64,000 bases of DNA from Patescibacteria group bacterium (GTDB lineage Bacteria > Patescibacteriota > Minisyncoccia > 2-02-FULL-40-12 > IGHO2-01-FULL-4-A). The stretch spans positions 10,615 through 74,614 of the forward strand of contig JBBTSB010000005.1 of the NCBI GenBank assembly GCA_038064915.1, read 5' to 3'. This document shows positions 1 to 7,231 of the stretch, in pieces. The stretch's first letter is position 1, and the number at the start of each line of letters is the position of its first letter. The position numbers and the translations under genes are program-made. The notes under the pieces were generated by a model that had not been told where the DNA came from, ran no database searches, and was given only the letters and a program-made list of their open reading frames with translations.

Positions 1-209
1 TCAATGAGAATATAATCCCCATCTTCAAATGTATACTCCATCGAGGCGCCATTCACAAAGAACGGTTGTACCAAAAAGTAGCGAACGGGAATGATAATCG
101 CCAAAGAAATGATGACGACTTTGACGATTTCCCATAGAAAAGCAAGTCCCTGATACAGTGGTCCCGGTTCCTGAATGAGATCTTGTTGAGGATCTTCGGT
201 AGTGTACAT
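1..209 (-). CDS. lepB: Signal peptidase I, N-terminal portion (gene runs off window start)
   Basis: Minus-strand translation from ATG (209-207) gives MYTTEDPQQDLIQEPGPLYQGLAFLWEIVKVVIISLAIIIPVRYFLVQPFFVNGASMEYTFEDGDYILI: TM helix plus SPase I box-B-like GASME motif. The listed ORF 25..480(-) is another frame. Confidence 0.6.
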   Translation of the reverse strand, partial: MYTTEDPQQDLIQEPGPLYQGLAFLWEIVKVVIISLAIIIPVRYFLVQPFFVNGASMEYTFEDGDYILI

Positions 210-240
210 GAGGAAAAGTATACCATATACTGTTGTCAGT

Positions 241-681
241 ATGAAATTTCTCTTCGGTATAGGAAATCCAGGCAAGGAATATGAAGGCACGCGGCACAAT
301 ATCGGCCGCGCGTTCGCAGCGCATGAAGGCGGCCACGAGAGTGATGTCTTTGTAAATCAATCGGGTGAGGCGGTGCGGAAGCTCAAGGTGAAGCCACAGG
401 ATCTTATCGTTGCTCACGATGATCTGGACATAGATTTTGGAAAGTTTAAATTGTCTTTTGATCGCAACTCGGCCGGACACAAAGGCGTGGAGTCCATCAT
501 CAAAGCGCTCAAAACAAAAAAATTCTGGCGGTTGCGTTTTGGGATCGCGAATACGAAATTAAAGAAAATGAGAAAGGAAGGAAACGTAGCAGATTTTGTG
601 CTTTCAAAATTTACTCCCACGGAGCAAAAGCAACTCAAAGCCATTTTCAAAGAAGCGCATGATCGAATCACTCACGATTGA
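241..681 (+). CDS. pth: Peptidyl-tRNA hydrolase
   Basis: MKFLFGIGNPGKEYEGTRHNIGR... is the canonical Pth N-terminus; start moved to ATG at 241 inside ORF 202..681. Confidence 0.9.
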   Translation: MKFLFGIGNPGKEYEGTRHNIGRAFAAHEGGHESDVFVNQSGEAVRKLKVKPQDLIVAHDDLDIDFGKFKLSFDRNSAGHKGVESIIKALKTKKFWRLRFGIANTKLKKMRKEGNVADFVLSKFTPTEQKQLKAIFKEAHDRITHD

Positions 682-1513
682 CCACGAAAACTACCCGCCG
701 CTTCTGCGGCACATTTTCGATCCCCCACCGCTTCTGTATGTGTGGGGCAATGCCAACATCCTCAAGACCGAGTGCTTTGCTGTCGTGGGTACGCGAGCGC
801 ACACGGAGTATGGTAAACGCAGTGTGCAAGATCTCACGCGCGCCTTGTGTCGTGCGGGGTTTACCATCGTCAGCGGTCTTGCGCTGGGAATCGACTCGAT
901 GGCTCATACCATTGCCCTTGAAGAAAAAAAGCCAACGATTGCGGTATTTGGTGGAGGCTTGAACAAAGACCGCTGGTATCCGCCTCAAAACAAAAAACTC
1001 GCCCAGCGCATCCTCGACGAGGGTGGACTTTTGATCAGCGAACAATCCCAGGATGTACGTGCGCAGATTTTCACGTTCCCCAAGCGTAATCGCATCATAA
1101 GCGGTATGTCAAAAGGTGTGCTGGTGGTAGAGGGCGACATCAAGTCCGGTACGATGGTTACGGCAAAGTGCGCACTTGATCAGGGACGCGATGTGTTTTC
1201 CGTCCCGGGATCGATTTACGCATCCAAATCCGCCGGCACAAATTACTTAATTCAAAAAGGCGCAAAGCTTGTGGCAAAGCCAGAAGACATCCTCGAAGAG
1301 TACGGAATCTATTTGCAAACTGCCAAAATCCAAGGCTCAAATGCCAACGAAGAAGCAATTCTCAAAGCACTTGGAGACGACGCGCTGACGCCAGATGAGA
1401 TCATCCGCGAATCGGGCCTCGACACATCCGTTGCAACTTCGACACTCATGGTGATGGAGATGGAAAAAAAAGTGCGCAATTTGGGAAACGGCAAGTTTGT
1501 GGTATATTCGTGA
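659..1513 (+). CDS. dprA: DNA processing protein DprA (Smf family)
   Basis: YVWGN..AVVGTR..YG......L......G..IVSGLALGIDS.AH Rossmann-like DprA core; start at ATG 659 (MIESL) overlaps the pth end. Confidence 0.85.
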   Translation: MIESLTIDHENYPPLLRHIFDPPPLLYVWGNANILKTECFAVVGTRAHTEYGKRSVQDLTRALCRAGFTIVSGLALGIDSMAHTIALEEKKPTIAVFGGGLNKDRWYPPQNKKLAQRILDEGGLLISEQSQDVRAQIFTFPKRNRIISGMSKGVLVVEGDIKSGTMVTAKCALDQGRDVFSVPGSIYASKSAGTNYLIQKGAKLVAKPEDILEEYGIYLQTAKIQGSNANEEAILKALGDDALTPDEIIRESGLDTSVATSTLMVMEMEKKVRNLGNGKFVVYS

Positions 1514-1551
1514 TATTCCCTCCCTCAATCTCCCATTCATATACCCCCTAA

Positions 1552-1572
1552 CCCCCTTTACATTAAAGGGGG
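1552..1572 (+). repeat. Hairpin CCCCCTTTA-CAT-TAAAGGGGG immediately upstream of the 1581 start
   Basis: 9-bp perfect inverted repeat; the 3' arm AAAGGGGGA doubles as SD for the ATG at 1581; related to the hairpins at 2491, 2898 and 21702. Confidence 0.6.
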
Positions 1573-1580
1573 AATAAAAA

Positions 1581-2501
1581 ATGCCTGAACCAAAACCAGA
1601 AAATTCAAATCAACCGCCAGCCGAACAACGCCCAAACCAAGAGCGAGAACTTTCGACGGAACAGAAAGATGAAATCATGAAAAAGGTGCAGAATATTTTA
1701 AAACCAGGAACTTATTATACCGGTGTTGGGAATCAATATTATGGAAGCGACGAAGGCGGCAGTTTTATTCGGATGTTGAAAGAAGGGATATTGAGCCAAC
1801 ATGGAGAACGATCATTAAAAAAATGGGCGCTAAAGACAAAGAAGATAATGAAAGATAAAGAATTAGGAAAAGAGGATGAGCCTTATCATCGGAGGTATCA
1901 AGATAATTGGGTCAATACAGAAGTTCTAGGAATTTTTGTAAATATGGTGACAAAAGATCAACCTCTACATCAATACCATAGCGAGTCTAATGGCGTTACC
2001 TTTGTTTTAGATATTTCGGAATTTAAGGAGTTGCCTCCTTTGGGAATTCACGTCCGGTATCATAAGAGTGCACCAAGGGCAAAAACCATAGAAAGAACGC
2101 GTCAATTTTCTCCTCAATGGGAATGGTTACGAGACGGACGAAAAAATGAAATTTGGGAAAAAGATATTGAAGAGGCTTTCCCAGGCCGAGACATCCGAGA
2201 TCTTTCACATGAAGAGGTGCGTTCTAAATTTCCTAATCTATATGATCATCAAGGTGAGATAGACCGGAATGATACAGCTTTTGGATCTTTTGTGAGCTAT
2301 ATGATCCCCCCAAAAAAAATAACAGGCGTTATTATTGGAGACTATGCGGACCCGCAGTATATGGTTAAGGTCATGCAACAAGCCGGCCGATATGTTCCTA
2401 TTTACGATATGCGAGGAAACTTACGATGGCCTAAATACATGGGGCACGAAGAAGTAAAAAAATTTATTGCGGAGCGGGATGCAAAGCACCCCTCCCTTTA
2501 A
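1581..2501 (+). CDS. Hypothetical protein (306 aa), low-complexity N-terminus
   Basis: Long ORF with SD (AAGGGGGA) 8 nt upstream; no motif recognised. Confidence 0.55.
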   Translation: MPEPKPENSNQPPAEQRPNQERELSTEQKDEIMKKVQNILKPGTYYTGVGNQYYGSDEGGSFIRMLKEGILSQHGERSLKKWALKTKKIMKDKELGKEDEPYHRRYQDNWVNTEVLGIFVNMVTKDQPLHQYHSESNGVTFVLDISEFKELPPLGIHVRYHKSAPRAKTIERTRQFSPQWEWLRDGRKNEIWEKDIEEAFPGRDIRDLSHEEVRSKFPNLYDHQGEIDRNDTAFGSFVSYMIPPKKITGVIIGDYADPQYMVKVMQQAGRYVPIYDMRGNLRWPKYMGHEEVKKFIAERDAKHPSL

Positions 2502-2523
2502 GGTAAAGGGAGGTTGGGAGGGT
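2489..2523 (+). repeat. Direct repeat copy 1: hairpin CCTCCCTTTA-AGG-TAAAGGGAGG plus GGGAGGG SD
   Basis: About 35-40 bp nearly identical to 2896-2937; it overlaps the stop of the upstream gene and provides the SD for the DUF559 gene. Confidence 0.7.
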
Positions 2524-2529
2524 ATATTT

Positions 2530-2913
2530 ATGACAAAGATTCTCTACAATCATCCCAACTATCTAGAGCGCCGTCGAAATTTACGAAAAGATCAAACACC
2601 TGAAGAGAAAATTATTTGGGAGCACTTGCGCAAGAAAAAGCTTGGATATCTTTTTTGGCGGCAATACAGCGCAGGACTATATGTCCTCGATTTCTATTGT
2701 CCCAAGCTTCGGTTAGCTATTGAAATCGACGGCTTGCAGCATGCAACGCGGGATGGAAAAGAGTATGATGAAGAGCGAGAACAGTATCTTCTCGGACTTG
2801 ATATCAAGATGTTGCGTTTCTGGAATTCCGAAGTTCGTGCTAATCTTGAAACGGTTTTAGAAAAGATTAAGCGCGAAATAGCAAAATCCTCTGAACTCCT
2901 CCCTTTAAGGTAA
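2530..2913 (+). CDS. DUF559 endonuclease-domain protein (Vsr-like fold family)
   Basis: LYVLDFYCPKLRLAIEIDGLQH....D..R...L...G...LRFWNSEV is the typical DUF559 signature; real start ATG 2530 (MTKILYNHP). Confidence 0.8.
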   Translation: MTKILYNHPNYLERRRNLRKDQTPEEKIIWEHLRKKKLGYLFWRQYSAGLYVLDFYCPKLRLAIEIDGLQHATRDGKEYDEEREQYLLGLDIKMLRFWNSEVRANLETVLEKIKREIAKSSELLPLR

Positions 2914-2937
2914 AGGGAGGCCGGGAGGGTATAATAT
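2896..2937 (+). repeat. Direct repeat copy 2 (hairpin plus GGGAGGG SD) upstream of topA
   Basis: CCTCCCTTTAAGGTAAAGGGAGGccGGGAGGGTATAATATT matches 2489-2523 at 36 of 38 bp. Confidence 0.7.
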
Positions 2938-2938
2938 T

Positions 2939-5062
2939 ATGCCGTCGTTAGTAATCGTCGAATCTCCAACGAAAGCCAAAACGATTTCCAAATTTCTTGG
3001 CAGCGATTATGTTGTGCGTTCAAGCTTTGGGCATGTGCGGGATTTGCCCAAAAGCAAAATGGGCGTGGATACGGAACACGGCTTTACGCCCAAGTATGTC
3101 ATCCCCATCAAGGCGAAGGAAATCATTGCTGAACTGAAGAATTTGGAAAAGAAAACTGATGAAGTGATCCTCGCTTCCGATGAAGACCGCGAAGGAGAAG
3201 CGATTTCTTGGCATTTAATGCAAGCATTGGAACTCAAGAAACCGAAGCGTATCGTTTTTCATGAGATTACCAAATCATCCATCCTCGAAGCGCTGAAACA
3301 TCCTCGGGAAATAGACATGAAGCTCGTAGACGCGCAACAAGCGCGTCGTATCTTGGATCGTCTTGTTGGCTATGAGCTGTCGCCATTTCTGTGGCGCAAA
3401 ATTCGCTTTGGGCTTTCCGCCGGGCGCGTACAATCTGTTGCCGTGCGCCTAGTAGTGGAACGCGAGCGCGAGATCCAGGCTTTTAAAAAAGACGAATACT
3501 GGACGATTGATGCGATTTTTGATCGCTTCAAAGCGCGCTTAGTCCAAATCGGAGGTAAGAAACTTGATAAGCTTGCAATTCAGAATGAAATTGAAGCAAA
3601 AAAAATAATAGAAGATCTAGAAGGGAAAAAATACGAAGTAAAGGAAATAACAAAGAAAGAGGTTCAGCGCCATCCAGCAGCGCCGTTTACCACATCCACA
3701 CTTCAGCAAGAAGCAAGTCGCAAACTGGGGCTTTCCGCAAAGCAGACTATGATGCTTGCGCAAAAACTCTATGAGACAGGGCAAATCACGTACATGCGTA
3801 CCGATAGTGTAAATCTCGCAGAATCTGCAATTGCGCAGGCACAAGATGTGATCTCGAAGCAATTTGGCAAAGAATACTCCGAACCTCGTCGCTACTCCAC
3901 CAAATCCAAAGGCGCCCAGGAAGCACATGAAGCAATTCGTCCTACGGACTTTTCCCACCAATCAAAAGACAAGCTCTATGATTTGATTTGGAAGCGCGCT
4001 ATTGCTTCACAGATGGCAAGTGCAAAGCTTGATCAAACGAGCGTAGACATAGAGGCAGGAAATCATTTGTTTCGAGCAACCGGTAGCGTCATAAAATTTG
4101 ACGGTTTTATTCGTGCGTATACCGAAGGAAAAGATGAAGAGGAGGAAGTGGAGGGACAACTCCCTGAACTAGAAAAAGGCGAAGCACTCGATCTCAAAAA
4201 ACTTGAGCCCTTACAACACTTCACCGAGCCCCCTCCCCGCTATACAGATGCCACACTTGTCAAAGCCCTTGAAGGTTATGGCATAGGACGACCATCTACA
4301 TACGCGCCAACGCTAGCCACCATTCAAGAAAGGGGTTACGTAGAGAGAATAGACAAAAAATATCAGCCCACGGAGATTGGATTTCTCGTGAACGACATGC
4401 TTGTCGAGAATTTTCCAGAAATCGTCGATATCAACTTTACATCGCTCATCGAAAAGTCTTTTGATGAAATTGCTGAAGGCACAAAGAAGTGGGTACCAGT
4501 GATTTCTGATTTCTATAAGCCCTTTCACGCGCACTTAATAGCAAAAGAGGACGAAGTGAATAAACTGGTTGTTGAGTCCGATGTTGCGTGTGTTCACTGC
4601 GGCAAAAGAATGCTGATCAAGTTTGGCCGCAATGGCAAGTTCCTCGCCTGTCCCGATCCGGAGAGCAAAATCACTCAGCCCATGCCCGAAGAAGCCGCGC
4701 AGATCAAAGCTCTGCAAGAAAAAACCCAAGGCGAGAAATGTCCCATCTGCAGCAAAAATATGGAAATCAAGCGAGGGCGGTTTGGATTTTTCCTTGGATG
4801 TGTGGATTACCCCAAGTGCAAAGGCATCACGAAGATTTTAAACAAGACCGGATTCAAATGTCCGAACTGTTCCGTGGGTGATATCGTCGAGCGCAAATCC
4901 CGCGGACGTGGAAAAGTGTTTTATGCGTGCAGCAGATTTCCCGATTGTACCTTCCTCATGAGCAAGAAACCCGAATCCGAAGCCGATCTCGCTCCAGCTC
5001 TCCAACACTGGAAGGACAATCCACCGAAAGAGAAGAAAGAAAAACCTTGGCAGAAAAAATAA
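2939..5062 (+). CDS. topA: DNA topoisomerase I with C-terminal zinc-ribbon repeats
   Basis: MPSLVIVESPTKAKTISKFLG TOPRIM N-terminus, an active-site Tyr region, and C-terminal C4 zinc ribbons (CVHCGKRM, CPICSKNM, CPNCSVGD). Confidence 0.92.
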   Translation: MPSLVIVESPTKAKTISKFLGSDYVVRSSFGHVRDLPKSKMGVDTEHGFTPKYVIPIKAKEIIAELKNLEKKTDEVILASDEDREGEAISWHLMQALELKKPKRIVFHEITKSSILEALKHPREIDMKLVDAQQARRILDRLVGYELSPFLWRKIRFGLSAGRVQSVAVRLVVEREREIQAFKKDEYWTIDAIFDRFKARLVQIGGKKLDKLAIQNEIEAKKIIEDLEGKKYEVKEITKKEVQRHPAAPFTTSTLQQEASRKLGLSAKQTMMLAQKLYETGQITYMRTDSVNLAESAIAQAQDVISKQFGKEYSEPRRYSTKSKGAQEAHEAIRPTDFSHQSKDKLYDLIWKRAIASQMASAKLDQTSVDIEAGNHLFRATGSVIKFDGFIRAYTEGKDEEEEVEGQLPELEKGEALDLKKLEPLQHFTEPPPRYTDATLVKALEGYGIGRPSTYAPTLATIQERGYVERIDKKYQPTEIGFLVNDMLVENFPEIVDINFTSLIEKSFDEIAEGTKKWVPVISDFYKPFHAHLIAKEDEVNKLVVESDVACVHCGKRMLIKFGRNGKFLACPDPESKITQPMPEEAAQIKALQEKTQGEKCPICSKNMEIKRGRFGFFLGCVDYPKCKGITKILNKTGFKCPNCSVGDIVERKSRGRGKVFYACSRFPDCTFLMSKKPESEADLAPALQHWKDNPPKEKKEKPWQKK

Positions 5063-5065
5063 GGG

Positions 5066-5186
5066 TGTTAATTACATTTCTTCAACTATAAAATATATCG
5101 CCTTGGGGGGCGATGAAATGTTGATTTACCTAGTTTTCTGTAAATCCAACATGTAATTTTTTATAAAATTTAAAATGTAATTAACA
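5066..5186. repeat. 12-bp perfect inverted repeat TGTTAATTACAT / ATGTAATTAACA spaced ~97 bp apart in an AT-rich convergent intergenic region
   Basis: The arms at 5066-5077 and 5175-5186 are exact reverse complements; a third partial ATGTAATTTT lies at 5151. Confidence 0.5.
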
Positions 5187-5440
5187 GCCCTTTTTCAAAA
5201 ACCGGTGATTTTTCTGATGTAAAAGTTCTTTCACCTTTTGGAGAAATACCGTGGAATGAGCTTTCTCGATTCAGCGATACAGAAATGAAAAAATTGATGA
5301 TTAATGTCGTAAATCATTGCTATAATTTTCTTTATCTTTTGTATGGTGGCGCCAAAGGCGATGAGATCATTGAACTTTTAAAAGACACAGATCCCATGCC
5401 TCATTGGAACGACCCAACAGGAGAGCTGTACTGAATACGG

Positions 5441-5528
5441 CGGATAGGGTGGGATTCGAACCCACGGTCCGCCTAGGGCGGACGGCGGTTTAGTAAACCG
5501 CTGGTATAAACCACTAACCGACCTATCC
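5441..5528 (-). tRNA. Class II (long variable arm) Ser-like tRNA, apparent anticodon ACU
   Basis: Reverse complement folds as GGATAGG acceptor, T-loop GTGGG-TTCGAAT-CCCAC, variable hairpin GTCCGCC-CTAG-GGCGGAC and G73. The anticodon arm GCGGT-TTACTAA-ACCGC gives an unusual 5'-ACU-3'. No encoded CCA. Confidence 0.6.
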
Positions 5529-5542
5529 AAATTTTGACTTTG

Positions 5543-5630
5543 CGGAGGAGGTGGGACTCGAACCCACGAGCCAGTTTTACCCGGCAACCTCTTTAGCAAA
5601 GAGGCGGAATAGCCGCTATCCGACTCCTCC
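5543..5630 (-). tRNA. tRNA-Ser(GCU)
   Basis: GGAGGAG acceptor, anticodon arm CCTCT-TTGCTAA-AGAGG, long variable arm, T-loop TTCGAGT, G73; 88 nt. Confidence 0.8.
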
Positions 5631-5681
5631 AAATGCTTTTTATGTATACCATTTATTACACTTTTGCGCTATAGTTTCTCT

Positions 5682-6317
5682 ATGTCCAAAAAAGTCTATC
5701 TTGTCCGTCATGGGGAGACGGAAGATCTTGCAAAGAAGTTGCATCAGCAGAATGATTCTGTTCTTTCGGAGCGAGGAAATCAACAGGCGCAAGATGTTGC
5801 GGGGCGTTTTTCCAAAATACGCGCAGATATAGTTTATTCGAGTCCATTTCTCAGAACTCTTCAGACAGCGAAGCACATCGGTACCATAGCAGGTGCACCG
5901 GTTGAAACAAAAGAGCTTCTTCGTGAACGGAAACAACCAAAAGAGATTATGGGAAAACCGCGGGATGATGCGGAAGTGATGCGCATCAAAAACACTATCA
6001 ACGAACACAGACATGATCCCTCGTGGCATTATTCCGACGAAGAAAACTTTTTTGACCTTCGCGGTCGAGTGAAAGAATTTCAGAAATTTGTAGAAAACGA
6101 TACCCAAGAGAACGTGGTGTTAGTATCTCACGCGGTATTCATTAAAATGTTTACGCTGGTGAGTGTTTTTGGAGATTTACTCACACCGGATATGTTTTCA
6201 TCGTATTATCAACATGTGCGAACAAGCCAAACTGGTATTACTATGCTTGAGTTCACTGATAATGAATGGAAGCTTCTTACCTGGAATGATTATGCGCATT
6301 TAGGAGAAAATACATGA
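5682..6317 (+). CDS. Histidine phosphatase family protein (phosphoglycerate-mutase-like)
   Basis: VYLVRHGET catalytic RHG motif plus IVYSSPFLRTLQTA; start ATG 5682. Confidence 0.8.
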   Translation: MSKKVYLVRHGETEDLAKKLHQQNDSVLSERGNQQAQDVAGRFSKIRADIVYSSPFLRTLQTAKHIGTIAGAPVETKELLRERKQPKEIMGKPRDDAEVMRIKNTINEHRHDPSWHYSDEENFFDLRGRVKEFQKFVENDTQENVVLVSHAVFIKMFTLVSVFGDLLTPDMFSSYYQHVRTSQTGITMLEFTDNEWKLLTWNDYAHLGENT

Positions 6318-6784
6318 ATATGCAACAAACCATTCGCTGGAAAGCGCCGGCAACCTATCGGCGTGAGGGAACAAAAGCACCGTACTATTTTGTTGCAATT
6401 CTTTTGCTCGTGGCTTTGCTCATCGGTATTGTTCAGGGAGACCTGGTGGGCGCTATTCTGTTTGTCCTCATGGCCGTCATGACCCTGATCCACATTCGAA
6501 AACCGGTGGATATCGTTGACATTGAGGTAAGTCCCCTATCCGTGGTGGTGGGAGGAAAAACCTACCGTACGGAGGACATTACATCGTTTTGGATTGACTA
6601 TGTGCCGGAGAGTGATTTGAAAGAGTTGAGCCTGCACATGAAAAAGTGGACATCGCCGTATGTGAAAATTCAGCTTGGTGATCAAGACCCTGTTCAAGTT
6701 CGCGCGATTTTGATAGAGTTACTACCCGAGGTGAGACATGAAGGTACGCTGATACACGCCTTCGTCCGCCGGCTGGGATTGTGA
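6314..6784 (+). CDS. Hypothetical membrane protein (two TM helices then a PH-like soluble domain)
   Basis: ORF overlaps the previous stop by ATGA; hydrophobic stretch AILLLVALLIGIV...LFVLMAVMTLI. Confidence 0.5.
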   Translation: MNMQQTIRWKAPATYRREGTKAPYYFVAILLLVALLIGIVQGDLVGAILFVLMAVMTLIHIRKPVDIVDIEVSPLSVVVGGKTYRTEDITSFWIDYVPESDLKELSLHMKKWTSPYVKIQLGDQDPVQVRAILIELLPEVRHEGTLIHAFVRRLGL

Positions 6785-6795
6785 CTGGAAATAAT

Positions 6796-6867
6796 GCACC
6801 CGTCGTTCAACGGATAGGACGCAGGATTGCGGATCCTGCAATAGAGGTTCGATTCCTCTCGGGTGCA
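6796..6867 (+). tRNA. tRNA-Arg, apparent anticodon GCG
   Basis: GCACCCG/CGGGTGC acceptor, D-arm GTTC-AACGGATA-GGAC, anticodon arm CAGGA-TTGCGGA-TCCTG, T-arm AGAGG-TTCGATT-CCTCT, A73. Confidence 0.75.
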
Positions 6868-6892
6868 CACTTTCTTCGCTAAAGCTACGAAG

Positions 6893-6946
6893 TGCAAGCA
6901 AAAAAAGAAAAGGCACGTGATCGGGCGAAGTGTTCTGCCCGCGTGC
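6893..6946 (-). terminator. Rho-independent terminator for the small GC-rich ORF
   Basis: GGCACG..CGGGC...GCCCG..CGTGCC imperfect hairpin followed on the minus strand by a U-run (plus-strand AAAAAAAGAAAA at 6895-6910). Confidence 0.5.
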
Positions 6947-6982
6947 CTCTTGCCAGGTGCTCGGCCGAATTATTTCGCGGCC

Positions 6983-7180
6983 TCAGCTGAACAGCGGCAT
7001 CTGGACGGCGGCTTGAAGGCGCCTGCCCCGATGCTGCTTCACTGCGGCCTTTGCGAGGAGAGCCGCTTCCGCGACCCGTCGCTTGGCCTCCTCCTCGACC
7101 TTGCCCGGTGCGACCGCGCACTCACACGGTCCATCGAGCAGAACGAGGAGCTCCTTGGTCCACGCCGTACGGTTGGCCAT
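6983..7180 (-). CDS. Small GC-rich hypothetical protein (65 aa)
   Basis: ATG preceded by AAGGAGGT (5-nt spacer); ~65% GC (estimated by eye) against AT-rich flanks; sequence MANRTAWTKELLVLLDGPCECAVAPGKVEEEAKRRVAEAALLAKAAVKQHRGRRLQAAVQMPLFS. Confidence 0.55.
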   Translation of the reverse strand: MANRTAWTKELLVLLDGPCECAVAPGKVEEEAKRRVAEAALLAKAAVKQHRGRRLQAAVQMPLFS

Positions 7181-7198
7181 GTGACCTCCTTATTTTGT

Positions 7199-7227
7199 AT
7201 TTTACTATATTTTTATGTTAAAGTCAA
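7199..7227 (-). promoter_or_regulatory. Near-consensus sigma70 promoter TTGACT-N17-TAAAAT for the 65-aa ORF
   Basis: Minus-strand read: TTGACT ttaacataaaaatatag TAAAAT acaaaatAAGGAGGtcacATG. Confidence 0.55.
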
Positions 7228-7231
7228 ATAT

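Noticed and set aside
25-480. 151-aa minus-strand ORF
   Set aside because: It is antisense to pth and in a different frame from the genuine minus-strand lepB 5' fragment (1-209); it is a chance ORF.
5378-5832. ORFs 5378..5632(-) and 5551..5832(+)
   Set aside because: They overlap the two tRNA-Ser genes and the AT-rich spacer, so they are spurious.
6863-7231. N-terminal extension of the recG ORF (six-frame ORF 6863..9238)
   Set aside because: The first 123 codons are GC-rich low-complexity sequence antisense to a well-signalled small gene. RecG homology starts at MISLETS (ATG 7232).
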